From contig CAJFCJ010000018.1 in NCBI GenBank assembly GCA_904063045.1, forward strand, positions 124,001-188,000: a DNA stretch of 64,000 bases. The letters run 5' to 3'. The DNA comes from Dimorphilus gyrociliatus. Its lineage: Eukaryota; Animalia; Annelida. A program made the position numbers and the translations under genes. Within the stretch, counting starts at the first letter, position 1, and each line of letters opens with the position of its first letter. Below the pieces are notes generated by a model. The model made no database searches. It was not told the DNA's origin and saw only the letters and a list, made by a program, of their open reading frames with translations. Positions 48,581 to 62,811 of this stretch are shown here, piece by piece.

Positions 48581-51500
48581 TTAAAAATATTCTCTACCAA
48601 GGTCTTTAACACTCGATCCGTCGTAAGCTGGATTTCGAACTCCATCAACATGATGCTGCTGCTGCAACATAAAATAATGTTAGTTCTTATGAAAGGCAAT
48701 CTGTTTTTTGGAATTTGTGCTGTACACATTGTGCCCTTTAGATGGACCTCTAAAAGTTTCTCCAGTTTCCTCTGTCTGATTAGTCAAGAAAGAAATACTT
48801 TATATTATTGCTGATATTTAAGTCAACAATAACAGCATATCAATACACAATCATACAAGCAAATCAAAAGGAAAGTGGAAAGCTGTTTATAGTCTATATT
48901 TTCACTCGATATCATACCTTATTCAATTTATACTTTCTCCTAACTGATAATAACTGAAATTTAATTTCTTTCAAGGAGTCATAGTCTGATGACTCATAAG
49001 ACGTTGATGGAATATCATCTAACCTATATACCAAGTCAATTATATATAAACTCCCTTATGTATTTCATAACAGACCTAAGGGCGCTTTTTTTCCCCAAAA
49101 CTGATCTGGAGTCACTGTCTTCTAAAAGCTGTTATTTTTATCTCTTTTATAAAAATATTGTGCAATATGAAGTGTTATCCTATATGATTGTCTAGTTATA
49201 ACAAAAGACTGTTACAAACAACATGATTCATTTCTATTAACTTACTTTACGGCGACTTTTCTAAATGTTTTTTTTATTACTTTAGACGTTTTGAAAGAAA
49301 TGTAAAGAAATGATTTGAAACCTTATCGTCATAGAGGGCACCATTACTATTACTTGTGATTGCTGTGCCAGTTGCGCTTGCTGGTGCCCAGTGTTCAACA
49401 TTGATATCGCCTTGATGTTGATAAGCGTCTTCTTTCTTATGTCTAAGGAAGGCGTAAGAGTGAATAGCTCTATGTTGCCTGAAATTGAAAAGATTCATTT
49501 AAAAAATTATTTTTCTTTTACTTTTTTTAAAAAAGCAAATTAATTATCCCTATTCCAATGACACATTTTAATTAAATTAATCAATAAGCAATTAAACGGT
49601 GTTAATGAATAAAAATAAGGCTGGTCAAATATCCACGAACTTTCAGCTTACCATTTTATACCGTAGGATTTTCGATATATTATAATATTTGATAAATGTG
49701 TTAGTCTATCGTAATTAATTATAGAATTGTTAATTTACCTTACGCATATACATATTATTATTATCAAAAACAAAAAGCATATTCCTCCAAGTGCCGCTCC
49801 AACTGCTATTGTAATAGTTTTCCATTCTATCAATTAAAGTAAATTTTTATTAAAAATTATTTAAAACCTTTATAAAATATTCTCACTGTCTGAACTTTCT
49901 ATCTCTTCTTCGCAGAATGGTCCTTTCCAGTCTTTCGTACACCTTGGAAAAAGGAAATTATGGAGATTTATAGAATTTGTTAAATGTAATATCCGTACTT
50001 GCAGACGATAGATTCTCCATCATCAGTTTTCTTGCATTCTCCGCCGTTTTTGCAGGTATCTTTATGACAAAGCTCTGAAAAAATGTGTTCATATGTAGAC
50101 CATTTACGAGTATAAAAGTATAAAACACTGTAAGAACTAACTGTCGCATGAAAGTTCGACAGCATTCCACTTATAAGAAGGATTGCAAGGACATTTAAAG
50201 GATCCAGGTAAGTTTAAGCAGGTGCTATTTGCTGGACAGATGTATTGGTCTTCTCTTAAACATTCATTTATGTCTGTTTGATGGAAGGGAAAAAGAGAAT
50301 TTTTGGATTACTTAGGTAACCCCGGTTTTGTGAAGGAATGGAAAATGAACAGAATCACAGGATTTTAGATAATATATAATAACCTTTGCAGATGTTGGAT
50401 TGTCCTTTGTAGGCTTCATAGCCTGTTTTACAGGTACATAAAAAGCTTCCGTATTCATTTGTGGAACAATTAGTTGAGGTATAATCACAATCATTGTCGC
50501 TTGATTTTATGCATAAATCTTTAGCTGGAAACACACAACTGTTACAGAAATATATAAAACTTTCAACTGAATTAAATTACCTCCGGCAGTTGTAGCTGAT
50601 TTATCAAGACCATAAAATTCACCTCTAATACATTTGGGCCCATCACCAACATGGCAATGTTGAGTATATGACATAAAATCTTTTGATATACTTGTTGCAT
50701 TCAGGTCTTGATTGTTTAAATCATTAAACAAAATATCAAATTTAACTATAATACTTCCATTCCTGGAAAACAAGTTGGTTTTTATCGTTAAATGTTAAGT
50801 ATTATTTAGAGGAAATTACTGAAGTGAAGTGAGGAGTATCCCAGAAAATTCTTTTTCGTATTTTGACTTGAAAAAGAGTGATATCTATAAAGAAATATTT
50901 TGTTAATGTATAGTTATCTATGAAAGAAAGTTAACGTCTTCTCTTACGTCTGAGGAGTTTGATTCGATTGTTCTTTTCATTATTTGAAAGTCTTGAGAAT
51001 CCGAGGTTTTCATATTATTATTCCAATTTAAGTAAACGCCAGGTTTAACCATAAAAAGAGAACTCTTAACTTGCCCCGAAAATCTCTTGGAAACTGAAAG
51101 AGAAGTTTCATGAGAAAAATAAAAATATTATAATTTATGCAAACTTTTTTGGCATATATTGTCTCCATTCCTAAACCACTGTGCCCTACAGTGACACGAA
51201 TAACTCCCAAGTGAATTCGTCTGAGAATATTTAATGAACACTTTTAATATAGCATACTATTTGAGAACTCACGCAATATTCCCCTTCCTTAGTGCAAACT
51301 TTCTCTCCTTTCCAACCTTCAGTACATTCATTAATATCTAAATTGGGAAAGAGAATAATACCTTATACTAAAGCTTTTGTGTCCTGGAAATTCATCAATT
51401 GAATGCTGACAAAGATAATTTGAAACTTTACCTGTGCATTTATGACCAACTTGATTATATCCTGGAGAACAAGAGCATATATAGGATGTTTCATTGTTTT

Positions 51501-54500
51501 GGCAATGTTGCTCACAGGGATTCCGTATAGCACATTGATCTTCATCTGCAATTGTTTCACTTTCCTCAATTACCATAAATGAGCAGATATTTGATACTCA
51601 CTGAAGCACTTAATTCCATCTGTTCCTTTCATTCCTGCTGGACAAGACCCACATTGATAGCCATTGGTTTCATCTGTGCAGACAACAGAGGGATAACAAG
51701 GCTTAAAGATACTGCAAATCGTCCTAGCAGTCTGACAATATGTATTATCATAGAGTAATCCACATTTACAAGACAAAATACCAAAGTTATCTGTCAAAGT
51801 GAAATTATAAATCTTTCTTTCATATGCAAATATAATATAGTTTCATGTACTTTCAAGAAACATGAACTTTTCCGAGCACAGTCTACTATTTTGACAAGGG
51901 CATAGTCTTAAGTGAGGATAATAACGATCTGTCATTCCATTGCTGGTCGCAATAAATTTCAAAAATAATTTACTGTTAGAATTTGTCCAAAATGTTCTAT
52001 TCGTTGGAAAGATAGATATATCCATATTTTCTGGTGAAAATGTATACTCGGAAGAGAGAAGATTTGTTTCGAGTGTCAAGTTTATTCCGTCATTATAGAA
52101 GGTTTTTAGTTTTATGGACACATTTGAATAAAAATTTAAATCAATATTTTGAGGCAATTCACGATGGAAAATTTTGTATGTTTTACCTATATATTTAAAA
52201 AAAACCCAATAAATAGAAAATAGAGAATCTGCAGAAGAATCTTTGTTATATCTTACCAAACGTAATTAGTCTTGTTTGAAAAGTTTGCTCAAATTGCTGC
52301 AAAGCATAATATATATAAATATGGGATATGCATTGCAGTTTAGTACAGTAAAAATTGACTTACTTCCGATTGTGTTATGTTTATGTTTTCAATTTTCGCT
52401 TCAGGATAATCTGATAAATCTTTATTAAAGTCTGAGAAAGTTTTATTGTGACCATCAAATGTATAATTAAATAAAGTTGTTGAATTGAGTAGACTCCCTA
52501 GAGGGCGATAATATAACAAAACATGTATAATTAGTTAATTTAACAAGTTAATTTACATTTCATAAAGTTTTCTTTTTCGTTAACTAAACCAGTGACGAGG
52601 TCCGTTCTGTTATATTTACTTTCAATAAAAAAATTAAGAGAATGTTCAAGTATCTTCAGCTGAAAAAAAAAACATTCTTCAAATGTATTTCATGAATTTA
52701 TTATACTATATTATACTTCAATGTAAGTTCCTTTTTTATAAAACAGTTCTATTGAGCCTTCTTTTTTGTTAAGTTTCATGTTAGGATGGGTCTTATTCAT
52801 TTCGTCAAACGATTGATCATCAATTGCAATCATCACTCTATTTTTAGACGATGATGCTCTCACTTCTATTTTCGGTGAATTTAAACCCTAAATTTTAATA
52901 ATTTGATTAAGATTAGATATTTATATTTAAAAAAATATTAAATTGATTTTAAGAATTAAACGGCTATATTTTACAGATTAATTACAAAATGTAAAATAAA
53001 TCGAATTAAGGATCGTTTACCTGTACAACAATTGCTTTTAATAGATAGCAACTATTATTTTTGAGGTCGGCAGTTGATTGAAAGCGTACTTGAATATTTA
53101 GATCATTTTCCCTTTATGATTTAATGACAATGTGTTTTCTTATAAGAAAATTATTTATATATTTAAATTTACCAGCTTTCATTAGTTTTATAAAAGTCAT
53201 ATTCTCCAGAACTATTTAGTGTATAAGAAATTCCATCAAAATTGGTTATATTGGAGCAACTGAATATTCCAGCTAATTGGAAAGAAAACACCAATTTAGA
53301 TTACAATCATCAAAAGATTCTTTCCTAGACCAATTTCACAAAACTACTGCATTTAAATTAATAATTACGTACCTGCTTTTGGAGGATTATAATCTTTGCA
53401 CGTATCTGAAGGTCTGCTCTTGTACAAATTTGCACAAGAAGGTTTTTCTTGACAACATTTATCTTTAAGATTTTCCTCATTTTTATTCTGGCGCGGATAT
53501 CCTCCATCAGGATAGCCTTGGAGGAGGAATTCGCTACAAAATACTTTAAATTTCATTTAAAGAACTCTTTCTAATTCAACATCATACCCGTCGTAGCAAC
53601 ATTTTTGAATTATTTGATTTTTCGAAAAAACAGAATCAAAGCAATTATTACTTATCAATTTAAATTCTTTATCAAGTTCAGCTAGTGCTCTATTACAAGG
53701 GCATGAATATGAAGCAAATTCTAAACTCTTCAAGTTTTCGCAGACATCATACCGAACACTACTGTTACCCAATTTTATATGAAACGTCCCGTTCACATCT
53801 AACGTTTGAATACTACCTATTATTACTACGTTGTCCATTATATTTAAGATTAAATCATACCTATATTAGAATACAAATCAGGCCTATAAAAATCCATATC
53901 GAGTGGAATCTTCTTCTTTAACCCATCATAAGCACCTACAGTAAATCTTCTAGGTTGCGACTTTGGAGACCAAAGCATACGATCTTGTTCATAGTTAAAT
54001 ATCGCATAGCTCTGATATAAGTCTGTGGCGATTATAACTTGAAACGTGGCATTCTGATCACTGTACAAATTTTGAGGATACGGAGAAACATTTTCCCAAG
54101 TGGCTATAAGGACTTCCGTAGGTTCAAATGGTACTTGCGATATATTTAACCTATCCATAATATCCTGTCCGTAAGTCGTGTTAAAATCAACAAGGTGATC
54201 CACATAAAGGCTACCGTTACCGGCCGACGAATCAATATCTGTCCAATAAATAGCCAGAAAAGGAAGAGTTTCAGGAAAAAAGTTATTTGAATAAGGGTTG
54301 ATAATTCCAATTTTTTCATCAAATGTTATATAACCATTCATGCTTATCTGTAAAAATGAATATTAAATCACTTTTTTATCGTTGCCATATTTAAAGTTAT
54401 TTACATATATACTAGAGAAAAATTTGCCGAAAAACGGAAAACCCTTTTCAAAAATAAATGGTCCCTCTATTTCGTCATCAGATGTAAATCTAGATGAATT

Positions 54501-57106
54501 TTTAGACAAGGCATAGGGCCAAACGACTATTCTTCTACAATTAAATTCTCCAATTCGATGATAATTTTGTTTGCATTGACACATATAATACCCGGGTATG
54601 TTTACACATGTCGTAGTATCGATATTGCAATTATTAGCAGATTCACATTCATTAACATCTGTTTTTATAAATGATTCATATTACAAATATTGTTGGAAAT
54701 TTTAAAATTGTAGAAAGAATTTAATTACCAATAGAACAATTTTGCCCCATCCAACCTCTAGGACAAATACATTGAAAAGTACTGTTCAAATTTGCAATGC
54801 ATAATCCTCCATTTAGGCAAGAATTTTCCAAGCAGGGGTCTACATCTATAACAAACAATAATGAAATAAATGCTTCAAGCTCTGATTATTGAATACCTAC
54901 ACTTTTCACAAATTTTCCCAGTAAATATAGAGTGGCAGTCGCATTTAAAACTGTTATTATTTAGGTCAACGCAAGTCCCATTATTCAAGCAGGGATTCGA
55001 AAGGCATACATTAACTGAAATTGAAGCTAAACTATTAAAGCCATTATTTTCCATTTACGGAACAACTTGGCACAAGTGCGTTAAAGGATTTAATGTGAAA
55101 TTCTTGTTTTTTTTATTAAAAAGTTACTTTTTTCTACTAATTACAAATTGAAGCAATTATCATTGCTCTGAGATGACTAAATGACTCCAAAGTGAATCCC
55201 TTACCTACTGATGACGTTGGAGAAACAGATATTGTGTCCTGCGTTACAGTAGATATACCTACAACATTAGTTAGAGCATAAGTGATACAAATGTGCATAT
55301 TTCTTTACCATCAGAGTCGAATATAGAAGATGCTGCCAATGACACATCACTATTAGATGAGAACTCGACAAAGCTTGTATCTAAATCAGTAGCAGTGAAC
55401 ATTTCGAATGTTGAAAAAGTGTCGTTTTTAATTTCAATTGTTTCCGTAGGTGAAATAGTGTTGTCTACAGACGCAGTATTGTTATACAATGTTGAATTAG
55501 GAGAATAACTTTCTGTTACTTCACTTGGTAATATAGAGTCGTTAACAGACATGGTATTGTTATAAGAAGCTGAAGATGAAGATTCACTTTCCAGTGGCTC
55601 GGATGGTGAAATTAGAACTGTTGATGACAATGAATTGTTGAATGCAACTGAAGACGTAGATACGCTCTCCATTATTTCACTCGATGATATAAGCATACTT
55701 GGCGAAAGTGTATCGTTTAGAACATTTGAAAATGAAGGCTCACTTTCAAGTGTACTAGTAGGCGAAATGGTTACGTTTACAGACAATGTTTCATAAGTTA
55801 ATGTGGATAAAGAAGACTCTTTCTCTGTCTCAACTTCAGACATATTTTGATGACTTGTTTGATTTAAAAACTCCTGAATAGATGACATACTATTCGGAAA
55901 AGTTGTGCTCAATGTTTTATTTTCCTCCAAATCAATAGAAGATGATTCAACTTTAAACTCATTAGTTGACGATAAAATTTCGAGCACTGAAGAATCATAA
56001 GTTTCATTAACAACGTTAGTTTCAGTCAAAGTTGAGCTTTGAATGGATAAATTACTCTCTGGCTGTGAACCATTCAGTATTTGTGTCGATTCTGAAGAAA
56101 GTGACATTGAGTAAAAAAAAAAGAGATAATTATAATTTAAAATTCACCTTGGGTGTCATTTAAATTATTTGTAATGAATGAATTAGTTATTGATAAAGAA
56201 TTTGAAGAGTAAATTGCAGTACTGTTTGCAATAATATCATTTTCAATAGTACTTGGAGTTTCTATAGACCAGCCAGAGGTGAAATCACTCAATTGCTTTA
56301 TTTCGGAATCTGTTAAAGATAGGTCAGATGTTGTAGATAATATTTCCTCTACAGAATCAGCGGTAGCAATGATTTTAGAATGTTCATCTTCACTGAATGA
56401 TGGAGCTATGAAAAGAAGAAAAAACCTAAAGTAAAAATTTCAATGGAAAAAGTGTCCAAATTATTGACAGATTACAAAACAAACTTATTGTAGATTTATA
56501 AAAAGTTCACAAATGTCGATTGCAGGTAAGATAATAAATATACAAGAGATTTACAGTCTAGCGGTAATAAACTACCAGTCTTTTATCAACCACGCCCTCA
56601 AAGAGACGTGGTATTTTTAAGGTAGTAAAACGTCTTAAGATTCGTTCATTCATTCATCGTTTTTGAAACTAAGCGATTTAATTAAATTATCTTGAACATA
56701 ACAAATACATATACTAAATAAATATTTGATTACTTTTAAATTGATAACTAGTTGTAATTAATAGTTAATTTTCAACAGTTGGTTTTTTTTTGCTAATGTA
56801 GCAAAATAAAAATAAAGAGAATAATAATTAATAAAAATCTGCGCAAAAATTCAAATTTATATATTCTTTTATAATCTACGTAAAAAAAATCGATATTAGT
56901 TCAGCGATGCTGCAATGAAAAAAACATATGGTCTAAATAGCAAAATAATTAAAAAATATACCCATTTCAGTGAAAGACTTTTCTTCGGTTTTTCCGATAT
57001 TGGCTTCTGTAGTTAAAATCACTAAAATATATAATAAAACAGTAGCTGAACTCTTCAACGAGTTTCCAGTCGTGAATATTTTCGTTAACTCCTTTACTCT
57101 ATTCAT
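48581..57106 (-). CDS. MUC4-like transmembrane mucin: SP, Ser/Thr-rich, EGF x3, NIDO, AMOP, VWD, EGFs, SEA, EGF, TM, NPxY tail
   Basis: Signal exon 57106-56962; S/T-rich 56107-55271; CLSNPCLNNGTC and DVNECES EGFs; NIDO (FPFFG..LAIYWTDID..NATFQVII); AMOP (CPCN..QKCCYD..RPSDTC); VWD (ITNFDGISY..GEY); SEA (NGSIIVKF); TM ITIAVGAALGGICFLFLIIIICICV; tail GVRNPAYDG. Confidence 0.85.
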
Positions 57107-58975
57107 AATTTTTTTCGCTAATGTTATATATGCCCAATTTTTCTTTACCGGTTGTCTCTTATTTCTTTAGGATGTTGCTCAAATCAAGAACCTTTTTACT
57201 TTGTCGTACTAGATGACTAAATCGACTGGCACCAGGTTCTTTATTTCTCATGCATATAGGGGTGGCGCTTTAACAGGTGATGTTAATTTGTGTATTGGAA
57301 AAAATTGATATTTTCCCACGTGTTAAAACAATATTTCTTCGAAAGTTTATAAAGGTAGAGTGTGACTTACATATTTATATATATTGTCATATCTAATTTG
57401 GTAACCGTTTTAATGCAAACTAATGAATTTGAATAAAAACAAATTAACACTAGAGAAATTTGTTTAATTTATTGAAAAACATTCACATGAACTAAAAAAA
57501 GCCTCTTGAATGCATGGTTGGATTATGTAATTATTTTCCTTTTGAACGAAAAAAGACTACATAAAAGTCACAATCATAAAGATGGCACCAGATGTTGTAG
57601 TGAATGTGGGATAAACAAAGAAGAAAATTATTCAATTGAGGCTTTTTTAAGGTTTCACTATTAATTATACGTAAAAAATATAGCAATATTGCATAAATGC
57701 ATAAATCGTTTTAATTCTAAATCTGAAAACATTTAAGCCGACAAAGACTAAAAGACACTGGGTTTTTTAATATACCGTAAATATAATAAAATATCAAATG
57801 TAAATAAGTTTTAGAAGATTGAGTTTTTTTACCTAAAATAGAAAATAGTTAGGATAAAATATTACAAATATTGGAAAAGGTTAACGTAGAATTTTAAAAT
57901 ATGACTAGAAAGAGTCTAATCTGTAGGATTTTGTAAAAGATATTACTTTTTGCAGATATTTTTCATGATTACAGATGGCAGCACCGTAGATACTTTCCGC
58001 TTGATCCGGAAGACGGAGATCAGGGATAAGATAAACGACTTGTTTTCAATGATTAATAACAAAATATCAGATATTTAAAAACAGCTTCCAATCTTAGTTT
58101 CAATTCGCAATTAAATCAGGTTCAGAAAGTGTAAAGGTATTTTTATCTCACTCTTAGGTCGGAACAGGAATAAAACGTAAACATACAATGTTTTTCTTTT
58201 AAAACTGTCCAGAAGTCCGCTAATTCTCTATAAAAGTGAACTACTAAGATGTAAAGAATATTGATAAACCAAGATTAATTAGAATAATACAAGTTGAAAT
58301 TATTAATTCCTCACAATATGTATAATACTGACAGTGGAGCACATTGGTTTAGTATTTAAAATACATACCAAAATTTAGATAATATACTTTAAAGATCTCG
58401 GTAAAATTTATAATGAAACATTATAAAATTGGACTTTTGAGATCGACTATTTTCAAGCAAAGACAAAGCAGTTGGAAAATGATGGATGAACAAAGGAATT
58501 ATGAACAAAGCTTTCTTCATGCATTACACGCCTCGAGAGAAGCGCTCTTTTGATGAGTACAATGAAAAATGTTGATGAGGATTCATATTTCACCTTGCTC
58601 AAAGGAAAGTTGCAAAAACTAGCTTATTTTCTTTTAAGTCACATAACTTATTTTAAACGAGTATAATGTTATTACAAAAAAATAATAATATAAAAATAAC
58701 ATAAACAGAATAATTATTTAAAGATGAATGATAAAGAGATAAGACATTAAGATAAGAATAATATTTGATATTATTAAAGTACGAACAATAAGTATAATCA
58801 TGATAATAATAATAATATTTATTCTAAGCTACGGATTTAAAAAAGTTTCTTCTTTCTTAAGATGAAATATCATTAGTTTACATAAATTGAATTTTATAAA
58901 AATACACAATACATAACAATCTTTATACACACTGGTTGTGTGTATTGTTCAGTTTGATGGAAAAAACAAAATATT

Positions 58976-61900
58976 TTACTGTATCCTCAAACAAGGAATC
59001 AGCTGCCTTTTTATTTCACCTTTGTTCAATGATTCTTCAAAGGTCATTAATTGTCCCATAAAATTCAAATTAGGTGATACCACATCTCTTTTAGACTTAA
59101 CATATTTATATGCATCGTAGGCGGTCAAGTTGGTTTTCCTGAGTATATAAGAAATTGTTATGGTAGCCGAGCGAGAAACGCCGGCTTGACAGTGGACTAG
59201 AACTTTTCCGCCAGATTTTCTGGCTTTTTCTGTAAGAAAAGAATAAAAATTTAGATATTAGAGAATAAAAGTTAATGAAAAACGACACATTCATCCTGAG
59301 AACAAAAGAGTCGCAATCAAGCATTCGTGACTCATGCATTTCACGCATACACACGTGCACTGCAAACGCGCTCTTATCTAATGACTCAGCTAAAAGCTTA
59401 CAAGAGTTTGCCCAAGAAAGGAAGCAAAATTTTTAGCTCAGCGTCGATAATCTACATATATTCTAACACGATTAACAGCAGCTCGTCAGTCAAATATATG
59501 TCACGTGATAAAAGGGATTTTTCATAGGAGTTCATTCATGCATACATATATAACACTTGACACTCAGCTTAATCAAATTCATTTACTCAATTAACTCTCT
59601 GATTCATTTCTATTTGCATAATATTTCTCAGTGTTAAGTTTCTGCTTTGAGCCAACGGCCCAGTAGCGTACTCAAACAAGACACAATTACAAACATTAAG
59701 CAATTGTTTACCCTATGTCTTATGTGTGAATTTCATCTCTTTAGCGAACGATATCTAATAGAAAAGAACTCACACTCCCCCTCCCTCCCAACCAATATAA
59801 ATACAGTACTGATAGTTAGTCAGACTTATTGTTCAGATGGAAATGAAAAAGTAAAACTAAAACATTCACAGCATACAGTTGTTTCATAAGACATTCTTAA
59901 TATACTTGCCAATAAATTCGAAGGCTTCCTCAAAATATTGTTTGAGATCTTGTTGCGAGCTATCATTTGCTGGAAGTCGCTGATAAATAATTCCACATGA
60001 CGAAAAGTGTTCAGGAAGGTGTGAAGTACAATTCAAAATGTGAGTAATACCGAAAGAGTCAATTGTGCATCTATCCGAGGCATCTCGTTCATTGCCTAGA
60101 GATTGTCAAAACTAAACAATGTCCTTGGACATATTACCCATTAACTTACCAATATAAAGAAATGGGAGGACTTCCGCAACAGGTGCAAGTTCTATGTCAA
60201 CGTTCTGTTCTTCAGGTGGAGTTGTTGGGCTTAAAATAGGATTGCCGCATTTCTCTACACAGAAATCCTTCTTTTGGTATTTAAACTCTTTTATTCCTCC
60301 TGAATCAAAAATTTCTCACATGAATAATTTTTATAACGAAGTCGATCTAAATTATCTCTACAATTCAAGACTAAATTCTACAATTCAAGCTAGATTAGAC
60401 CTTCACACTTAAAAAAATGCTCAACCTTTTCGTCTTGTTAGCTGCACGTAGGGTTTAAACAATGGAATACTTAAACATACTTTAAGCTTCCTTGTTTGAT
60501 CATTGTCAGATCTGATAGTCAACTCTTTATTGCTATCACATAATGCTACAGCATTATAATCATTACATCCCTGTGATTCTGATTCTGAAGCTATACAAGG
60601 AAGCATCTTCATATTTGAGAATGCTCGCAACACAGTTTATCATTCGGAAAGTGAAAGACAATTGCCATGGTACAAAATCTGACTCATAATTTGGAATCAT
60701 CTGGTACAGATGGCGTTGGTGAAGCAACAAAATGATTCATAACCTTTATGCTTTTAATGCTACATGTTGAAATGCGCAGCGCAAAAAACTTGACCTGCTT
60801 CAAGATAAGAGAGCAAATTCCCATAAACCTTTTTGTCTTTTAGTTATATTTTCCCATGCTTTTGATGAATTGAATATTTTTTAATTATATATTCATTCTA
60901 AATTAACTATAAATAAAATATAACTAAAATCTATAGTGAGTTTAGGCAGATCCACCACTGGCCAGGAATAGTTTTAAAGAATACTGTTAAGCAGAACACC
61001 TTAAACAAGAGAACAGCAGATGCGTGTGAATTTTCTCCATGAGAACGCATGTCTTTTGCATAAAGTGTTGAACTCTTTAGTTGAGTTTTTAAACCAATAG
61101 TATTATCGCTGTCACTTTGGCAGCATCTAAACCGAATCAAAAGTATTAGTATCGATTTTTGAGAAAAATATGTTATCTGTTACATTACAGATGTGATCAA
61201 ACTACTGACCTAGTTAGAATGCTTCAGACTATTGTAATAAATTTTCGACTAATTTTTTATAAAAAAGTTTGATAAGCTTTCAAGAAGTTTTTTTCTTTGC
61301 CTTTACATTATATGACTGTGATAAGATAACAGTCGCCTATTGGGAAATGTGCTTTTTTGCATAACAGGTAAATACAATGTCTTAAAATAAATTTGAGAAT
61401 TTATACAAAGATAAAACATACTTGGCTTTTTGCCATACTCTATATACGTTTACATATGCAGGCTAAAAAATTACTGTAAACAAAAATTATTTGCCTGTCA
61501 AATAGGCCTGATTATGTATTGCGCCAACAGATGGCGTTATATGTCGAAAGGGATCGTCATGATCCTTTAAAAAAGTCAACTAACAGATGTCCGAAAATCT
61601 TTTATCAAAATTATTCGGTATCGTTAATTTAGGCCAATTTTTATTTATTTATAGATTAATAAGGCATTAAAACTATAGACTTCAGTCTTTCATTTAAATT
61701 GCTGAATGTCTCTTTTTAAAATAGGATTTCATTTCAGCACTACTTCTAATTGCTAATATTTTCAATATAAAAATAAATTTTTATCCATATAAAGAAACAA
61801 ATAAGGGCGTCTAAATTTATCGACAGTGACGTCAATGAATATAATGTTGAATTTTTTTTTGAAAAACAAAATTAATTGTAATCACAGTTGATTTCCGTCG

Positions 61901-62811
61901 AAAATTTCCTATATAATTAACCCTGCTCCCACCAAATATAATAAGTGACGTCATATAGGTAAATAGATTAATAATAAATAAGACCCATACAAGTCTGAAC
62001 ATTGAAAGTATTAATCCTATACTCTATTTATCAGGCAGAATCAGGACGCAAGTGGTTAAATGAATATGGTTAAAAACTTATGCGTTTGCTAGATTTAATA
62101 CCACATGTGTTGTTTTGGCCATTTTTCTTTAAAATTGGCTATCGATAAATTTTAATGAACCAGATATCTTACAATACTTAGGCTTTAGTAAAATTATCCT
62201 GAATTCGTCTAAAAAAAGAAGACTTTACCTTCAAGAAGAAGGACTTTTCTTCCCTCGGTTTCTAAAGCGCTCATTAGGAGGTTAAAAGCCTCTGATGTAT
62301 CGTTTCGAACCCGTGAACTCTCGTCGTACAAAACCAACTCCAAATTGCAGTTGTTTTCATATCTTTGTCTGACACAGGGTGTTGATATGATGTCTTCGAC
62401 TTTGACATTACCTTGTATGAATTTTTTCTTAACAATCTTATTTTCAACGCAAATATTGATAGAGTTCATAATATGGCATTTCGAATAACAGTGAAAGGAC
62501 CGAGTGTCGATGATCAGAACTTTATGAATAACCTTTTCCAAGTCAAGCGGAGAAATTGTCTTAGAATTTATAGAGCGAAGTATGTCCATTGTTTTGCAGC
62601 TTGTGTCCAGTTTCAAACATTTTTTGTTCTTCGACTGAAGAGTCTTAGGGCAAAGAGTGATAGGTCGACTTTCGTCATTCGCTTTTCTTAAATCTTTTTT
62701 TGAGGGAGAGGGAGAAGCTTTAGCTGAACCTCGACGGGAAGAAGAGTTTCGACCTACGGTAAGTCGAGTAAGAGTACAGGATCGTTGATCAATGGCAGAT
62801 AGAGTGGTCAT
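58976..62811 (-). CDS. DUSP10: Dual-specificity MAPK phosphatase, DUSP10/MKP5/puckered-like
   Basis: Rhodanese/KIM exon 62811-62230; exons [31 protein letters not shown] and [24 protein letters not shown]. Confidence 0.9.
61827..61953. promoter_or_regulatory. Paired perfect CRE palindromes in DUSP10 intron 1
   Basis: TGACGTCA at 61827-61834 and 61946-61953. Confidence 0.5.

Noticed and set aside
57975-58490. Micro-exon gene model (MAAPFRKCK...LENDG*)
   Set aside because: Needs 21- and 36-nt introns, well below the sizes seen elsewhere in the window.
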